Part shown: in pieces, positions 19,428-31,157 of the stretch
Numbering within the stretch: the stretch's first letter is position 1
How the letters are laid out: every line of letters begins with the position of its first letter
Origin: Candidatus Eiseniibacteriota bacterium
Lineage (GTDB): Bacteria; Eisenbacteria; RBG-16-71-46
Direction: 5' to 3'
NCBI GenBank assembly: GCA_963707915.1
Contig: OY970178.1
Span: 960,001-1,024,000 of the forward strand
DNA length: 64,000 nucleotides
Translations under genes and position numbers: made by a program
Notes under the pieces: generated by a model
Database searches by the model: none
Seen by the model: only the letters and a program-made list of their open reading frames with translations
Told to the model about the DNA's origin: nothing

Positions 19428-19473
19428 TCAACCTCCTAGGGTTGAATCTACATATTCAACCTTCTGGGGCTGA
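19428..19473. promoter_or_regulatory. Two tandem palindromic operator-like sites upstream of satD
   Basis: TCAACC TCCTAG GGTTGA (19428-19445) and TCAACC TTCTGG GGCTGA (19456-19473), 28-bp period. Confidence 0.75.
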
Positions 19474-19501
19474 ATGTGCCACCCTCCGGCGGGCCTGTCA
19501 A
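19473..19501 (-). promoter_or_regulatory. Putative sigma70 promoter of satD-DUF3307
   Basis: Minus strand TTGACA (19501-19496)-N17-CACATT (19478-19473). Confidence 0.55.
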
Positions 19502-19523
19502 GGGTTCCTGCCGGCCGTGCGGA

Positions 19524-19553
19524 TTGACGTCCCCGCACCCGCCGGGATAGTCT
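19524..19553 (+). promoter_or_regulatory. Putative sigma70 promoter, leaderless-type, for the BMC gene
   Basis: TTGACG-N18-TAGTCT, ATG 7 nt downstream, no Shine-Dalgarno. Confidence 0.55.
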
Positions 19554-19560
19554 CCGTTTC

Positions 19561-20193
19561 ATGGCCGACGTCACCCTGCGCACCTACGTCTTCCTCGACG
19601 ACCTGCAGCCGCAGCTCGCCGCGTTCGTGGGCACGACCGCCCGGGGCTTCCTGCCCGTGGCCGGCGTCGCCTCGCTGTTCGTCGAGATCGCCCCGGGGCT
19701 GATCATCAACCAGCTCATGGACGTGGCCCTCAAGGCCACGAGCTGCACGCCGGCCATCATGGTGGTCGAGCGCGCGTTCGGCATGCTCGAGATCCACGAG
19801 TGGGACAAGGGCCAGGTGCAGACCGGCGGGCAGGCCGTGCTGGACTACCTGAAGCTCGAGGAGCACGACCGCATGAAGCCCCGCGTGGTCTCCGACCAGG
19901 TCATCCGCTCGGTGGAGCCCTACCACGCGCAGCTGATCAACAAGATCCGCTACGGCGACCAACTGCTCCCCGGCGAGTCGCTGCTGATCCTCGAGAGCGA
20001 GCCCGCCGCCTACATCGCCTTCGCCGCGAACCAGGCCCTGAAGTCCGCGCACGTGAAGCTCATCGACGCGCAGCTCTTCGGCGCCTACGGCCGGCTCTAC
20101 CTGTCGGGCCCGGAAGCCGAGATCGACGCCGCGCGCGACGGCGCCCTGCGCAGCCTCGAGACCATCAAGGGCCGGGACCCGGCGAAGGGCTGA
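19561..20193 (+). CDS. Tandem BMC-domain microcompartment shell protein (BMC-T, CsoS1D/CcmP-like)
   Basis: LRTYVFLDDLQPQLA, VEIAPG, DVALKAT, VVERAFGMLEIH, ANQALKSA, GAYGRLYLSG. Confidence 0.9.
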   Translation: MADVTLRTYVFLDDLQPQLAAFVGTTARGFLPVAGVASLFVEIAPGLIINQLMDVALKATSCTPAIMVVERAFGMLEIHEWDKGQVQTGGQAVLDYLKLEEHDRMKPRVVSDQVIRSVEPYHAQLINKIRYGDQLLPGESLLILESEPAAYIAFAANQALKSAHVKLIDAQLFGAYGRLYLSGPEAEIDAARDGALRSLETIKGRDPAKG

Positions 20194-20228
20194 GAAGACG
20201 GGACCGGGCCCCGGAGGCCCGGAGACGA

Positions 20229-20263
20229 CGAAGCCCGCAGCGGCGCTCCCGCTGCGGGCTTCG
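20229..20263. terminator. 15-bp stem hairpin between convergent genes
   Basis: CGAAGCCCGCAGCGG-CGCTC-CCGCTGCGGGCTTCG. Confidence 0.7.
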
Positions 20264-20279
20264 CGCCTGGCTGGCCAGC

Positions 20280-21362
20280 TCAGAACACCACGTACGCCCC
20301 GTCGCGGATGACCGCCTTCCTTCCGGCCGGGCCCACCACCACGGCCTCGGCCACCTGGATCGGGTTGCCCTTCGCGTAGACGATGTCCTGGTGCACGACG
20401 TTTCCCGGCTCGAGGAACTGCTTCACGCCGGTCACGCCGCCGAGGTGGTCCGAGCGCCCGTAGGCCCAGTGGAACCCGGCCTTCTCGTCCTCCAGCGTGT
20501 TGCCCGTGACCACGGCCCAGTCGTTGCAGCCGAAGGCGACCTCCGCGATGTTGGCCCGGGCCGGGTCGGCGGCGAACCGGGCGCGCAGCTTCCCGGCCTC
20601 GGGCCCGCTGCCGTCGACCTTCGCGATGCGATTGGCCGCGACCGTGAGGACGACGAGCTCACCGGCGACTTCGACCGGCAGTTCGCCCGCGGTGCGCGAC
20701 GGCTCGCCGGGCTTCTCGCCCTCGTAGGGCACGATGAACGTCTCGCCCGAGGGCAGGTTGATGATCCGGTCGCCCTGCTTGCCGCGCGGCAGGTAGCCGT
20801 CGTCGACCTCGGCCTTGCGCCAGCGCAGGTCGAAGGAGCAGCGCTGCCCGGTGGAGAAGCGCACCTCCAGCCGCTCGGCGCCCGCGAGGGCCTGGTCGAG
20901 GATGGCGCAGCGGCGGGCCACCTCGCCGTAGTCGGCGGACAGGGCGCTCTGCTCCATGCGCCGCTCCAGCCCGGGCAGCGACGCGGCCCGGAAGTCGGCC
21001 TTCTTCCTGCAATACCCGTCGAGCGCCGCGGTGGCCGAGAACTCCGTCAGGAACAGCGCCAGGGTGCAGCCCAGCAGCGCCTCCTCCATCGCCAATTCCG
21101 CCCCCGCCTGCCTGCCGCTCGCGGGCAGATCGGCGCCGTTCGCGCCGGTGGCGGCGAAGGTCAGCAGGGGTCGCACCTCGAAGCTGCCCGGGCGGCCCAG
21201 CTCGGCGAACGCCTCGCGCCACTCGGCGGCCATCGCCCGGCGCTCCTTCCAGCGCGCATCGTCGGCGAGGGAGCCATGTGGCAGGTCGCAGGCCACGAGG
21301 ACGATCTCGCCCTGCTCCGTGCGGAACACGTCGGTCAGCAGCTTCTTGAGCTCGAAGGCCAT
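20280..21362 (-). CDS. M29-like aminopeptidase (divergent)
   Basis: NLPSGETF, NIAEVAFGCN, LEDEK, HWAYGRSDHLGG, HQDIV. Confidence 0.75.
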   Translation of the reverse strand: MAFELKKLLTDVFRTEQGEIVLVACDLPHGSLADDARWKERRAMAAEWREAFAELGRPGSFEVRPLLTFAATGANGADLPASGRQAGAELAMEEALLGCTLALFLTEFSATAALDGYCRKKADFRAASLPGLERRMEQSALSADYGEVARRCAILDQALAGAERLEVRFSTGQRCSFDLRWRKAEVDDGYLPRGKQGDRIINLPSGETFIVPYEGEKPGEPSRTAGELPVEVAGELVVLTVAANRIAKVDGSGPEAGKLRARFAADPARANIAEVAFGCNDWAVVTGNTLEDEKAGFHWAYGRSDHLGGVTGVKQFLEPGNVVHQDIVYAKGNPIQVAEAVVVGPAGRKAVIRDGAYVVF

Positions 21363-21471
21363 ACGATCTCCCCGTGAGAGGCCATGGGCCTGCGGTCCAG
21401 GAGGTCCCCGGATGGCGCGGTCCCGGCGCGTTCCCGATCCCGCGGAATCTACTCCCGCCCCGAGACCGCCG

Positions 21472-21861
21472 TCACCCCGCCCGGCGGCTCATCATCACCA
21501 GCGCCGCGCCGGTGAAGTAGGCAACCACCCAGTAGACGTAGGCGAGCCGCGAGTAGAGGTGCAGGCGCCGCCCGATCGGCCCGTCGCCCGAGCGGCTCCG
21601 GTGACGCCACATCAGCAGCGTGTCGGTGGCCATCCCGGCCAGGGCCGAGTAGCCCAGCAGCCCGTGCAGGGTCAGGCCCCCGCTCCGGGTGGCGAGGATC
21701 ATGAGGGTGGTGGCGGTCACGTCGAAGGCCACGCCGACCGAGAAGACGCCGCACACGCCGCGGGTGGCGCGGCGGGCGCGCAGTTCCTTGATGGCACCGA
21801 TGGTGTAGAGCACGAGCGCGGTCGTGACAGTGCTCACCGCGGCGAGGCGAAGCGGGGTCAT
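21472..21861 (-). CDS. Small 4-TM membrane protein (HsmA/TIGR03987-like)
   Basis: ALVLYTIG, GVAFDVTATTLM, LHGLLGYSAL pattern. Family name from recall. Confidence 0.7.
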   Translation of the reverse strand: MTPLRLAAVSTVTTALVLYTIGAIKELRARRATRGVCGVFSVGVAFDVTATTLMILATRSGGLTLHGLLGYSALAGMATDTLLMWRHRSRSGDGPIGRRLHLYSRLAYVYWVVAYFTGAALVMMSRRAG

Positions 21862-22090
21862 GTCGTCATCCTTCGGATCGGGTCCGTTCCTCTGCGCGAA
21901 CGCGCGGCGCCCTGGCGGCTCGCCGGGCCCGTGGACACGGCCGGATCCCGGCCGCAAGGCCCCTCCCTACCACAACTCCCCCCGCGTCGGCCAGAAGCCC
22001 GTTCGCGACGCCGGCGCCCCGCCGCCCGCTGGCGCGCCACCACGCCCGCAGGGCCCCACCCGCGCGTCGGCGCAGCGCGCCGCCCGGGCC

Positions 22091-24658
<2,568 letters not shown>

Positions 24659-24819
24659 CGGCTCTCCCCCAGGTCCGGGGCCCGCGACGGTTCGGGGGCC
24701 GGGGAAGCGGCTCACACTACATGAGCCGCCCTTCCAGTCAATGGCGCGGGTGCGTCGGCCGGGGCAACCGGCTATCCCTTGGGACCACCGGCGGCAGTCA
24801 CCGCCGCCCTACCGCTCCC

Positions 24820-25614
24820 CTACCACAGCTCCCCCTGGGGCCAGAAGTCCCTCGGGTTCGCGGTGGCGAGGCCCAGGCGCGCCTTCATCTCGTTCGCGCT
24901 CGCGGGGGAGTGCCCGGCCCAGTGGTTGTTGAAATAGCCGTAGACTTCGCGCACCCGCAGCACGGCGCGCTTGAGGTCCGCCTCCCACGTGTCGAACTCC
25001 GCGCCGCGGTCCACCTGCACCCGGTCATAGCGCTCGATCTCGCGGCGGTCCCCCAGCCAGCGCAGGTAGAGGAAGTCGGCCGTGACCTCGCTCATGCGCG
25101 GCAGGTCGCGCCACTCGGTCCATGCCAGCGCCACGCGATGCCGGTGCAGCAGCTCGCAGGTCTCGGCCACGTGCCACGACGCGTGCCGGAACTCGACCGC
25201 GAGCCGCACCTCGCCGGGCGCGGCGGCGAGGAAGCGCTCGAGCAGCCCGACGGTGCCCGGCTCGCGCTCGAACTCGGCCGGCAACTGCACCAGCAGGGGC
25301 CCGAGCTTCTCCTCGAGCGGCGCCAGCGCGTCCACGAACTCCTTCAGGCGCCCGCCCATGTTCGCGAGCCGGGACTCGTGGGTGATGCGCTGCGGCACCT
25401 TGGCGGTGAAGCGGAAGCCCGCGGGCGAGTGACGCGCCCAGGAACGCACCACCGACGGCCGCGGCGGATGGTAGAAGGTGGTGTCCAGCTCCACGGTGTC
25501 GAAGACGCGGCCGTAGAACGGCAGCCAGTCCTCCTGCTTGGCGCCGGGCGGGTAGAAGGAGCCCACCCAGTCGGCGTACGACCAGCCCTGGGTGCCGATG
25601 TGGATCGTGGCCAT
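24820..25614 (-). CDS. DUF72 (YecE-like) protein
   Basis: IGTQGWSY, TVELDTTFY, KVPQRITH, VEFRHASW, YFNNH. Confidence 0.92.
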   Translation of the reverse strand: MATIHIGTQGWSYADWVGSFYPPGAKQEDWLPFYGRVFDTVELDTTFYHPPRPSVVRSWARHSPAGFRFTAKVPQRITHESRLANMGGRLKEFVDALAPLEEKLGPLLVQLPAEFEREPGTVGLLERFLAAAPGEVRLAVEFRHASWHVAETCELLHRHRVALAWTEWRDLPRMSEVTADFLYLRWLGDRREIERYDRVQVDRGAEFDTWEADLKRAVLRVREVYGYFNNHWAGHSPASANEMKARLGLATANPRDFWPQGELW

Positions 25615-25633
25615 GGTCCCTCCTCCTCCGCGT

Positions 25634-26596
25634 CTAGCAGGCCGCAGCCGGCCCGGGCCAGGTGGATTCGCCCGCCGGCGGGGCCGCGCCGCGGGCGAGC
25701 AGGTGGTGGTCGAAGAACGCCAGCACCCGCCGTTCGTACTCGGCCGGGTGCCGCGCCCAGCCCTCGTTGTGGCCCGCCCCGGGAATGATCCACAGGGGAT
25801 CCTTCGCCCCCGCCGCGCGCCACAGGCGGCGGGCATTCTCGCACGAGAGCCGGTCGTCCTCGAGCGCGTGGACGAGGAACAGCGGGCGCCCGGCGAGCCG
25901 GGCCGCCGCGGACTCGACGTCCGCCTCGCCGAGGTCGCGGCCGGTGACCGCGTGGCCCAGCATCCGCGCGATCCGCGCGCTGCGGCGCGGCAGCCGCGCC
26001 CAGCGCTGCGAGGAGTCCTCCAACGCGAGCGTCGCGTGGGCGAAGGCGCCGTCCGCCACGACCGCCCCGATCCCCGGGTCATCCGCCGCCGCCAGCAGCG
26101 CCACCGATCCGCCGAGGGACTCGCCCAGCACGCCCACGGCGCAGCCGGCCAGCGAGGGTTCCGCGTGCAGCCAGCCCAGCGCCGCCCGCGCGTCCACCAA
26201 CTCGTGGTGGCCGAGCGTCGTGGGCAGCCGCCGGCGGCCGCGCGAGGAGCGGAAGTCCACCGCCAGCACGCCGTAGCCGGCCGCGTGGAGGAACGCGCCG
26301 TAGCGCCACGCGCGGGAGTGGTCGCGACCGTAGCCGTGCAGCACCAGCACCACGGCGGGCTCGCGCGCGGCGAGCAGCCAACCGTCGAGCGCGTCGCCCC
26401 CGGGCAGCGCGATGCGCACGCGCCGCGCGGCGCGGTCGAGGTCGGGAGCGCCGCCGAGGTCGCGCGGCAGGAAGGGGAAGAACCCGAGCCAGACGGCTCC
26501 GCCCACGAGCAGGAGCACCAGCGCGGACACACCGGCGACCGCACCGCCCACGGCGGGCGCGCCGCCCGCCAGCATCGCCCCGACCTGGAACATCAT
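25634..26596 (-). CDS. Membrane-anchored alpha/beta hydrolase
   Basis: VLHGYG, GESLGG nucleophile elbow, PGAGH catalytic His, N-terminal hydrophobic segment. Confidence 0.87.
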   Translation of the reverse strand: MMFQVGAMLAGGAPAVGGAVAGVSALVLLLVGGAVWLGFFPFLPRDLGGAPDLDRAARRVRIALPGGDALDGWLLAAREPAVVLVLHGYGRDHSRAWRYGAFLHAAGYGVLAVDFRSSRGRRRLPTTLGHHELVDARAALGWLHAEPSLAGCAVGVLGESLGGSVALLAAADDPGIGAVVADGAFAHATLALEDSSQRWARLPRRSARIARMLGHAVTGRDLGEADVESAAARLAGRPLFLVHALEDDRLSCENARRLWRAAGAKDPLWIIPGAGHNEGWARHPAEYERRVLAFFDHHLLARGAAPPAGESTWPGPAAAC

Positions 26597-26669
26597 ACCG
26601 GGACTATCGCACCGCGGCGAAGAGGCGGGCAAACCCCGCCGGTCGCGCGCGGCCGGCACGGTCCGCGCT

Positions 26670-28311
26670 TCAGGCGGTGGTCGCCAGTTCCTCGACGAAC
26701 GCGGCGGCCGAGAGCCCGCCGCCGGTCGCCCGGCGCAGCGTCTCCCGCCAGTCCAGCGTCCGCCCGCCCCGGAACAGCCGCTCAACCAGGAACGTCCCGA
26801 CCTCGGGGCTCGAGACGTAGCGCGCGTCCGTGTCCGGCCCGCCGCCCAGCACCGTGCCGCGCAGGTGGGACCGGAGCTGCGAGGCCATCATCTCGCCGAG
26901 CATGTAGTTCTGGTAGTAGACCGGCGCGGTGCTGAAATGGATCTTGCTCGCCCAGTCCGGCGCGCGACGGCCCTCCGGCCGTCTCACCCGCTGGAAGCGT
27001 CTCCACCAGGTCCCACCACAGCGAGTCGAGGTCCTGCCCGGGGTCACGGTAGAGGGCGCGCTCCATGTGGCACATCACCAGCATCCAGCGCGTCTGTACC
27101 AGCAACTGGTCGCGCGAGGCCCGCGCGCAGGAAGCGGCCACCGCGCGGGCCGCCTCCGCGGGCACCCCGGCGTGGCGCTCGAGCCAGGCCGCGTCCTTCG
27201 GGAGCCGGCCGAACAGCATCGCGCTCGCCTCGGTGGTCAGGATGTGCGCCGGCTCGCGCAGCAGGAACGGCAGCGCCCGGTCGATGTGCAGGTCGTAGAC
27301 CGCGTGCCCGAACTCGTGCAGCAGCGTGCCCATCCAGTACTGGGTCGGCCGGAGGTTGCAGAGCACGCGGATGTCGTCACCGTGGTCCATGCACAGGCAG
27401 AAAGCGTGCTGGCTCTTGCCCGGCCGTTCGTACAGGTCCGCCCGGGCCAGCAGGTCGCGCACGTCGAGCCCCACCGCCGCGAAACTGCGCACGAGCAGGT
27501 CCTCCAGCCGCGGACCCTCGAACAGGTGGTCCAGGTCGAGACCCGCGGCCGGCGCCTCCTGGAAGAAGGGGTCGGCGCAGTGCCAGGGCCGCAGCTCGCC
27601 GGGCGCGACGCCGAAGCGCGCGGCCAGGCGGGCGTCGAGGCCGCGCTTGTAGTCGTCGAAGAGCGGGCGGGTGCCGCGCTCGAGTTCGTCCAGCAGCCCG
27701 AAGAGCTCCGCCTCGTCCTGCTCGTCGAGCGTCAGGCGCATGGTGTAGAAGTTGTCGAAGCCGAGGGAACGGGCGGCCTCGTTGCGCAGCCGCACCAGCT
27801 CGACCAGGTCGGGCGCCACCGCGGCGCCGATCTGCTTCGCGGCCTCCCAGGCGCCGCGCCGCGCGGCGGAATCGTCCGCCTCGACCAGCACCCGCCGCAG
27901 GTCGTTGTCGAGGACGCGTCGCCCGTCCAACTCGGCGCGGAAGACGTTGAAGCGGCCCTCGAGCCGCTTCTCCATCTGCACCAGCCGCGCGATCGCCGCG
28001 GGGTCGAGCTGATGGCCCCGGTAGGCGTTCAGCAGCAGCGTGAGCTGGCGCGCCAGCAGCGGCTCCGCCACGCCGCCCGCGGCGGCCAGGGCGCGCAGCG
28101 CGGCGTACTCGGCGGGACGCGAGAACACGGTGCGAATCTCCGTGTCGAGCCGCGCCGCCTCCTCCTCGGCCGCCGGGTCGTGGGCGACGCTCGCCTGCCA
28201 GTAGGCCCGGTTGTGCCGCGCCTGGAGCGGCTCGATCTCCGCGACCAGCCGCTCGATGGCCGCGGACAGGGTCCGCTCGCGCTCCTCGACGGTGGTCTTC
28301 GTGGTCTCCAC
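26670..28311 (-). pseudogene. M3/M2-family zinc peptidase split by a single-base frameshift near 27000 (real or sequencing error)
   Basis: Frame 1: KSQHAFC, LLHEFGH, TEASAM, LWWDLVE. Frame 2 continues RFQRV..PDWASKIHF..PVYYQNY. Confidence 0.75.
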
Positions 28312-28430
28312 GCCACTCCCTCCGGGAACCGGGCGGGCTTCGCCCGCTGGCGGACAAGGCCCGCCCGGCATCCTAACAGAGGCCCGCCGCGCCGGAGCGC
28401 GACGGGCCGCAGGCATCTTCGACGCGCCCG

Positions 28431-28970
28431 CTATGCGGCCCGCTCCCCGCCGTCGCGCGAGGGCCCCTCGCCGAGGCTGGTGACGGACGCACCCGCGCTC
28501 TCCGAAAGCCGCAGTCCGACCACCCCCGAGGGGTGGACCAGGTGCGGGCCCACGGAGGTGAGCACGACGAAGAACCCCGCCAGTTGCTGGTTCATGAAAT
28601 CCGAGAGCCGCTGACTCTCGCGCTGCAGCGGCATCCAGACCTTGCCCTGCAGCGTCAACCCGTCGGACAACAGGATCTCGGCGTCCTCTTCGCGCCATGG
28701 CTGGAAGCCCCGCGTGAAGACGTCGGTCTGGAGCACGAGTCGCCCGGGCGTGACGCGCACCAGTCGCGACTTGTTGAACAGGTGGATGCGTCCGTCCTCC
28801 CCGACCGCGGCCGGGAGGAAGGGCGACGACTCGTTCAGCTTCTCGAGGATGGTCTGGTGCCGGGAACCGGAGGCGTCCAGGTCGAGGAAGATCGAGCCGA
28901 CGACCCCCTGCAGGTCGCTCGACCAGAGGGTGACGGACACGCGACGCTTGGGGATGTAGTGATCCATCAT
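28431..28970 (-). CDS. Conserved hypothetical protein with two internal repeats (DUF6812-like)
   Basis: IPKRRVSVTL..GSIFL..ILEKLN..FLP and AEILLSDGLTLQGKVWM..RLSDFMN..FF. GAGG site. Family name from recall. Confidence 0.7.
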   Translation of the reverse strand: MMDHYIPKRRVSVTLWSSDLQGVVGSIFLDLDASGSRHQTILEKLNESSPFLPAAVGEDGRIHLFNKSRLVRVTPGRLVLQTDVFTRGFQPWREEDAEILLSDGLTLQGKVWMPLQRESQRLSDFMNQQLAGFFVVLTSVGPHLVHPSGVVGLRLSESAGASVTSLGEGPSRDGGERAA

Positions 28971-29237
28971 GGACCTCGCCAGGCCCTTCCCGGGCCGGGA
29001 TGTGTGGCATGGATGCGCCTGCTGGATCCGGGGCGCGGCACCCCTATGCAACCAGCCTGCCGTCCGCGCCCCGCCCCCGCCCGATGCGCGCAACCTGCGC
29101 ACGGCGGGCCTTCGCCGGGCGGGAGCCGACCGGCGCGCACGGCGCCCGGGCCGCGGGGCATTGCACTCCGCAATGAAGGGCCGGAACGGTGCGTGGTCCT
29201 GCACGGGGCCGGAGCAGCCTCTGATACACTCGGCGCC

Positions 29238-30392
29238 ATGTCCCGCGCCACCCCGATGGAACCCGGCCGCACGCGCGGCACCCCCTGGCCCGGGGTACGC
29301 CCGTGGCTCCTGATGTTCGCGGCGGCAGCCGGGCTGCGGGTCGCCGGCGCATGGCTCGCGAACGGCCCCGGCGCACATGCCCTGCCCGATCCGGCGGCCT
29401 GGGACGCGGTGGCCTGGAACCTGGCCCGGGGCGCGGGCTTCTCGCTCGAAGGCGCAGGAGGGCTCCAGCCGACCGCGGTGGTGCCGCCGCTGGGACCGTG
29501 GATCACGAGCCTGCTGTACCGCGCCGTCGGTCACCAGGCCGTGGCGGCGGTGCTGCTCGGCTGCGCCGTCGGCGGCCTGGTCCCGCTGATGCTGGCGGCC
29601 TTCGCGACCCGCATGTTCGGCAGCGTGGTCGGGCGGACGGCCGGCTGGCTCGCCGTCGTGCACCCGCTCCTCGTGACCTCGTGCGGCCGATCGCTCCCCG
29701 AGACCGCCTTCGCCGTCGTGCTGCTCCTCGCCCTGCTGCTGAGCGCCGAGTGGCTGAAGACGCCGAGCGCGGGTCGTGCGTTCGGGACCGGCGTCGCCTG
29801 GGGACTGGCCGCGCTCGCGAACCCGGTCGCCTTCGCGCTGCCGCTGGTGGTCGCAGCGTGGGCCTGGCTGCCCCTCGGGTTCGCCATGTCCGCGGGCGGC
29901 CGGCTCCGCCAGGTCGGCTGGTTGCTGCTCGGGGTCGCGCTCGCCGTGGGCCCGTGGACCCTGCGGAACGCGCTCGTTCTGCACGCCTTCGTCCCGGTGT
30001 CGGCCGGAGCCGCCGGCGCGTTGCCCGCGAGCGACGCCTCCCGCGCGTGGACCTCCCCCACCGGCCCCGGCGGGCCGGGGGTGGCCCTGCGGCTGCAGGA
30101 GCTGGCGCGTGCGCCGGGCGCGGCGTCGGCCTGGACGGCGGCGGCCCTGCCGCTGGCCCTGTGGGGCCTGTGGCGGTCCCTGCGCGGTGCGCGGCGCTGG
30201 TTCCAATCGCTGGGCCTGTGGGTGCTGCTCGGCCTCGCGTGGCCCGGGGGCGCGTTCTCCGGCCCGCCCCGGATGCGCGTTCCAGCCGAGCCGCTGGTGA
30301 TGCTCTTCGCCGCCGCCGGGATCGACGACCTCGTGCGACGCCTGCGCGCGCGCAGCAGGGGGTTGCGGCTGGTGGAACGCGGGGAGGTCTAG
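29238..30392 (+). CDS. GT-C fold membrane glycosyltransferase-like protein
   Basis: PDPAAWD..AWNL, VPPLGP, LPET, PWTLRN motifs with many TM segments. Confidence 0.7.
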   Translation: MSRATPMEPGRTRGTPWPGVRPWLLMFAAAAGLRVAGAWLANGPGAHALPDPAAWDAVAWNLARGAGFSLEGAGGLQPTAVVPPLGPWITSLLYRAVGHQAVAAVLLGCAVGGLVPLMLAAFATRMFGSVVGRTAGWLAVVHPLLVTSCGRSLPETAFAVVLLLALLLSAEWLKTPSAGRAFGTGVAWGLAALANPVAFALPLVVAAWAWLPLGFAMSAGGRLRQVGWLLLGVALAVGPWTLRNALVLHAFVPVSAGAAGALPASDASRAWTSPTGPGGPGVALRLQELARAPGAASAWTAAALPLALWGLWRSLRGARRWFQSLGLWVLLGLAWPGGAFSGPPRMRVPAEPLVMLFAAAGIDDLVRRLRARSRGLRLVERGEV

Positions 30393-30414
30393 CCCGCCGC
30401 GGAGGGCCCGCGGG

Positions 30415-31080
30415 TCACTTCGGGATGACGCTGACGACCTTGAAGCGGAAGGAGTAGGTCCGGGGCTGGTCCTCGATGCGGAAGACCAGGTCCACGCCGA
30501 ATTCCTTGTCCGAGTACAGCGGGGCGGTCGTGTCCTCGGGCAGCAGCGGCCGGTGCAGCTGCTGGTCGCTGCCCGCCGGATCCACGAGGTAGTCCAGCGG
30601 CAGCAGGTAGTCGCTGTAACGCTGCAGCCCGGTGATCTGCGTCGAGGCCTGGACGTTGAAGCGGTCGGCCCAGCGCGTGGTCGAATGGCCGACCTGTCCC
30701 GCCCCTTCCCGCGGGTCGTGGAACACCGAGCGGTCCCAATCGATCCACACCGGCCGGTTCTGCCGGTTCTCCACCTGCATGTAGAGCACGTCGGGCGAGG
30801 GGCGGAAATAGAACGAGAGGTCGCGGTCCTGGAACGTGAAGCGTTCGCTCGCCGGCAGCACCTGGCTGAACCGGTAGCGGAACAGCGCCGTCGCCTCGAC
30901 GGCGTCGGAAACTACGCTGTCGCTGGCCCCGGTGACGAGGGTCTCGACCGCGCCCTCCGTGCGGGCGGCAGGGTCGGCCGCGCCGGGGGCCCCTCCCGAC
31001 GGAACGCTGGCGGCGCAACCGCTCAGCATCGCGGCCGTCACGCACGCGACGACCAGGGGCACGACCTTCACAGGCGCCAT
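30415..31080 (-). CDS. Hypothetical lipoprotein
   Basis: Lipobox MLSGC, well-formed codon usage. Confidence 0.75.
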   Translation of the reverse strand: MAPVKVVPLVVACVTAAMLSGCAASVPSGGAPGAADPAARTEGAVETLVTGASDSVVSDAVEATALFRYRFSQVLPASERFTFQDRDLSFYFRPSPDVLYMQVENRQNRPVWIDWDRSVFHDPREGAGQVGHSTTRWADRFNVQASTQITGLQRYSDYLLPLDYLVDPAGSDQQLHRPLLPEDTTAPLYSDKEFGVDLVFRIEDQPRTYSFRFKVVSVIPK

Positions 31081-31086
31081 GCAGGG

Positions 31087-31115
31087 AGACTATCCGCGCG
31101 GGATTATCGCGTCAA
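31087..31115 (-). promoter_or_regulatory. Putative sigma70 promoter, leaderless-type
   Basis: Minus strand TTGACG-N17-TAGTCT-N6-ATG. Confidence 0.6.
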
Positions 31116-31157
31116 GGACTGATGATGATCCGCCCGGCTCGCCGGGGCCGCCGGCGC

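Noticed and set aside
19428..19473. Palindromic repeats as a mini-CRISPR or IS ends
   Set aside because: Only two adjacent 18-bp units with a 10-bp gap, no cas genes, no transposase and no target duplication. An operator fits better.
26782..29010. Apparent 742-aa protein
   Set aside because: Only 28311 to about 27000 is peptidase-like. The rest is a shadow frame or post-frameshift sequence.
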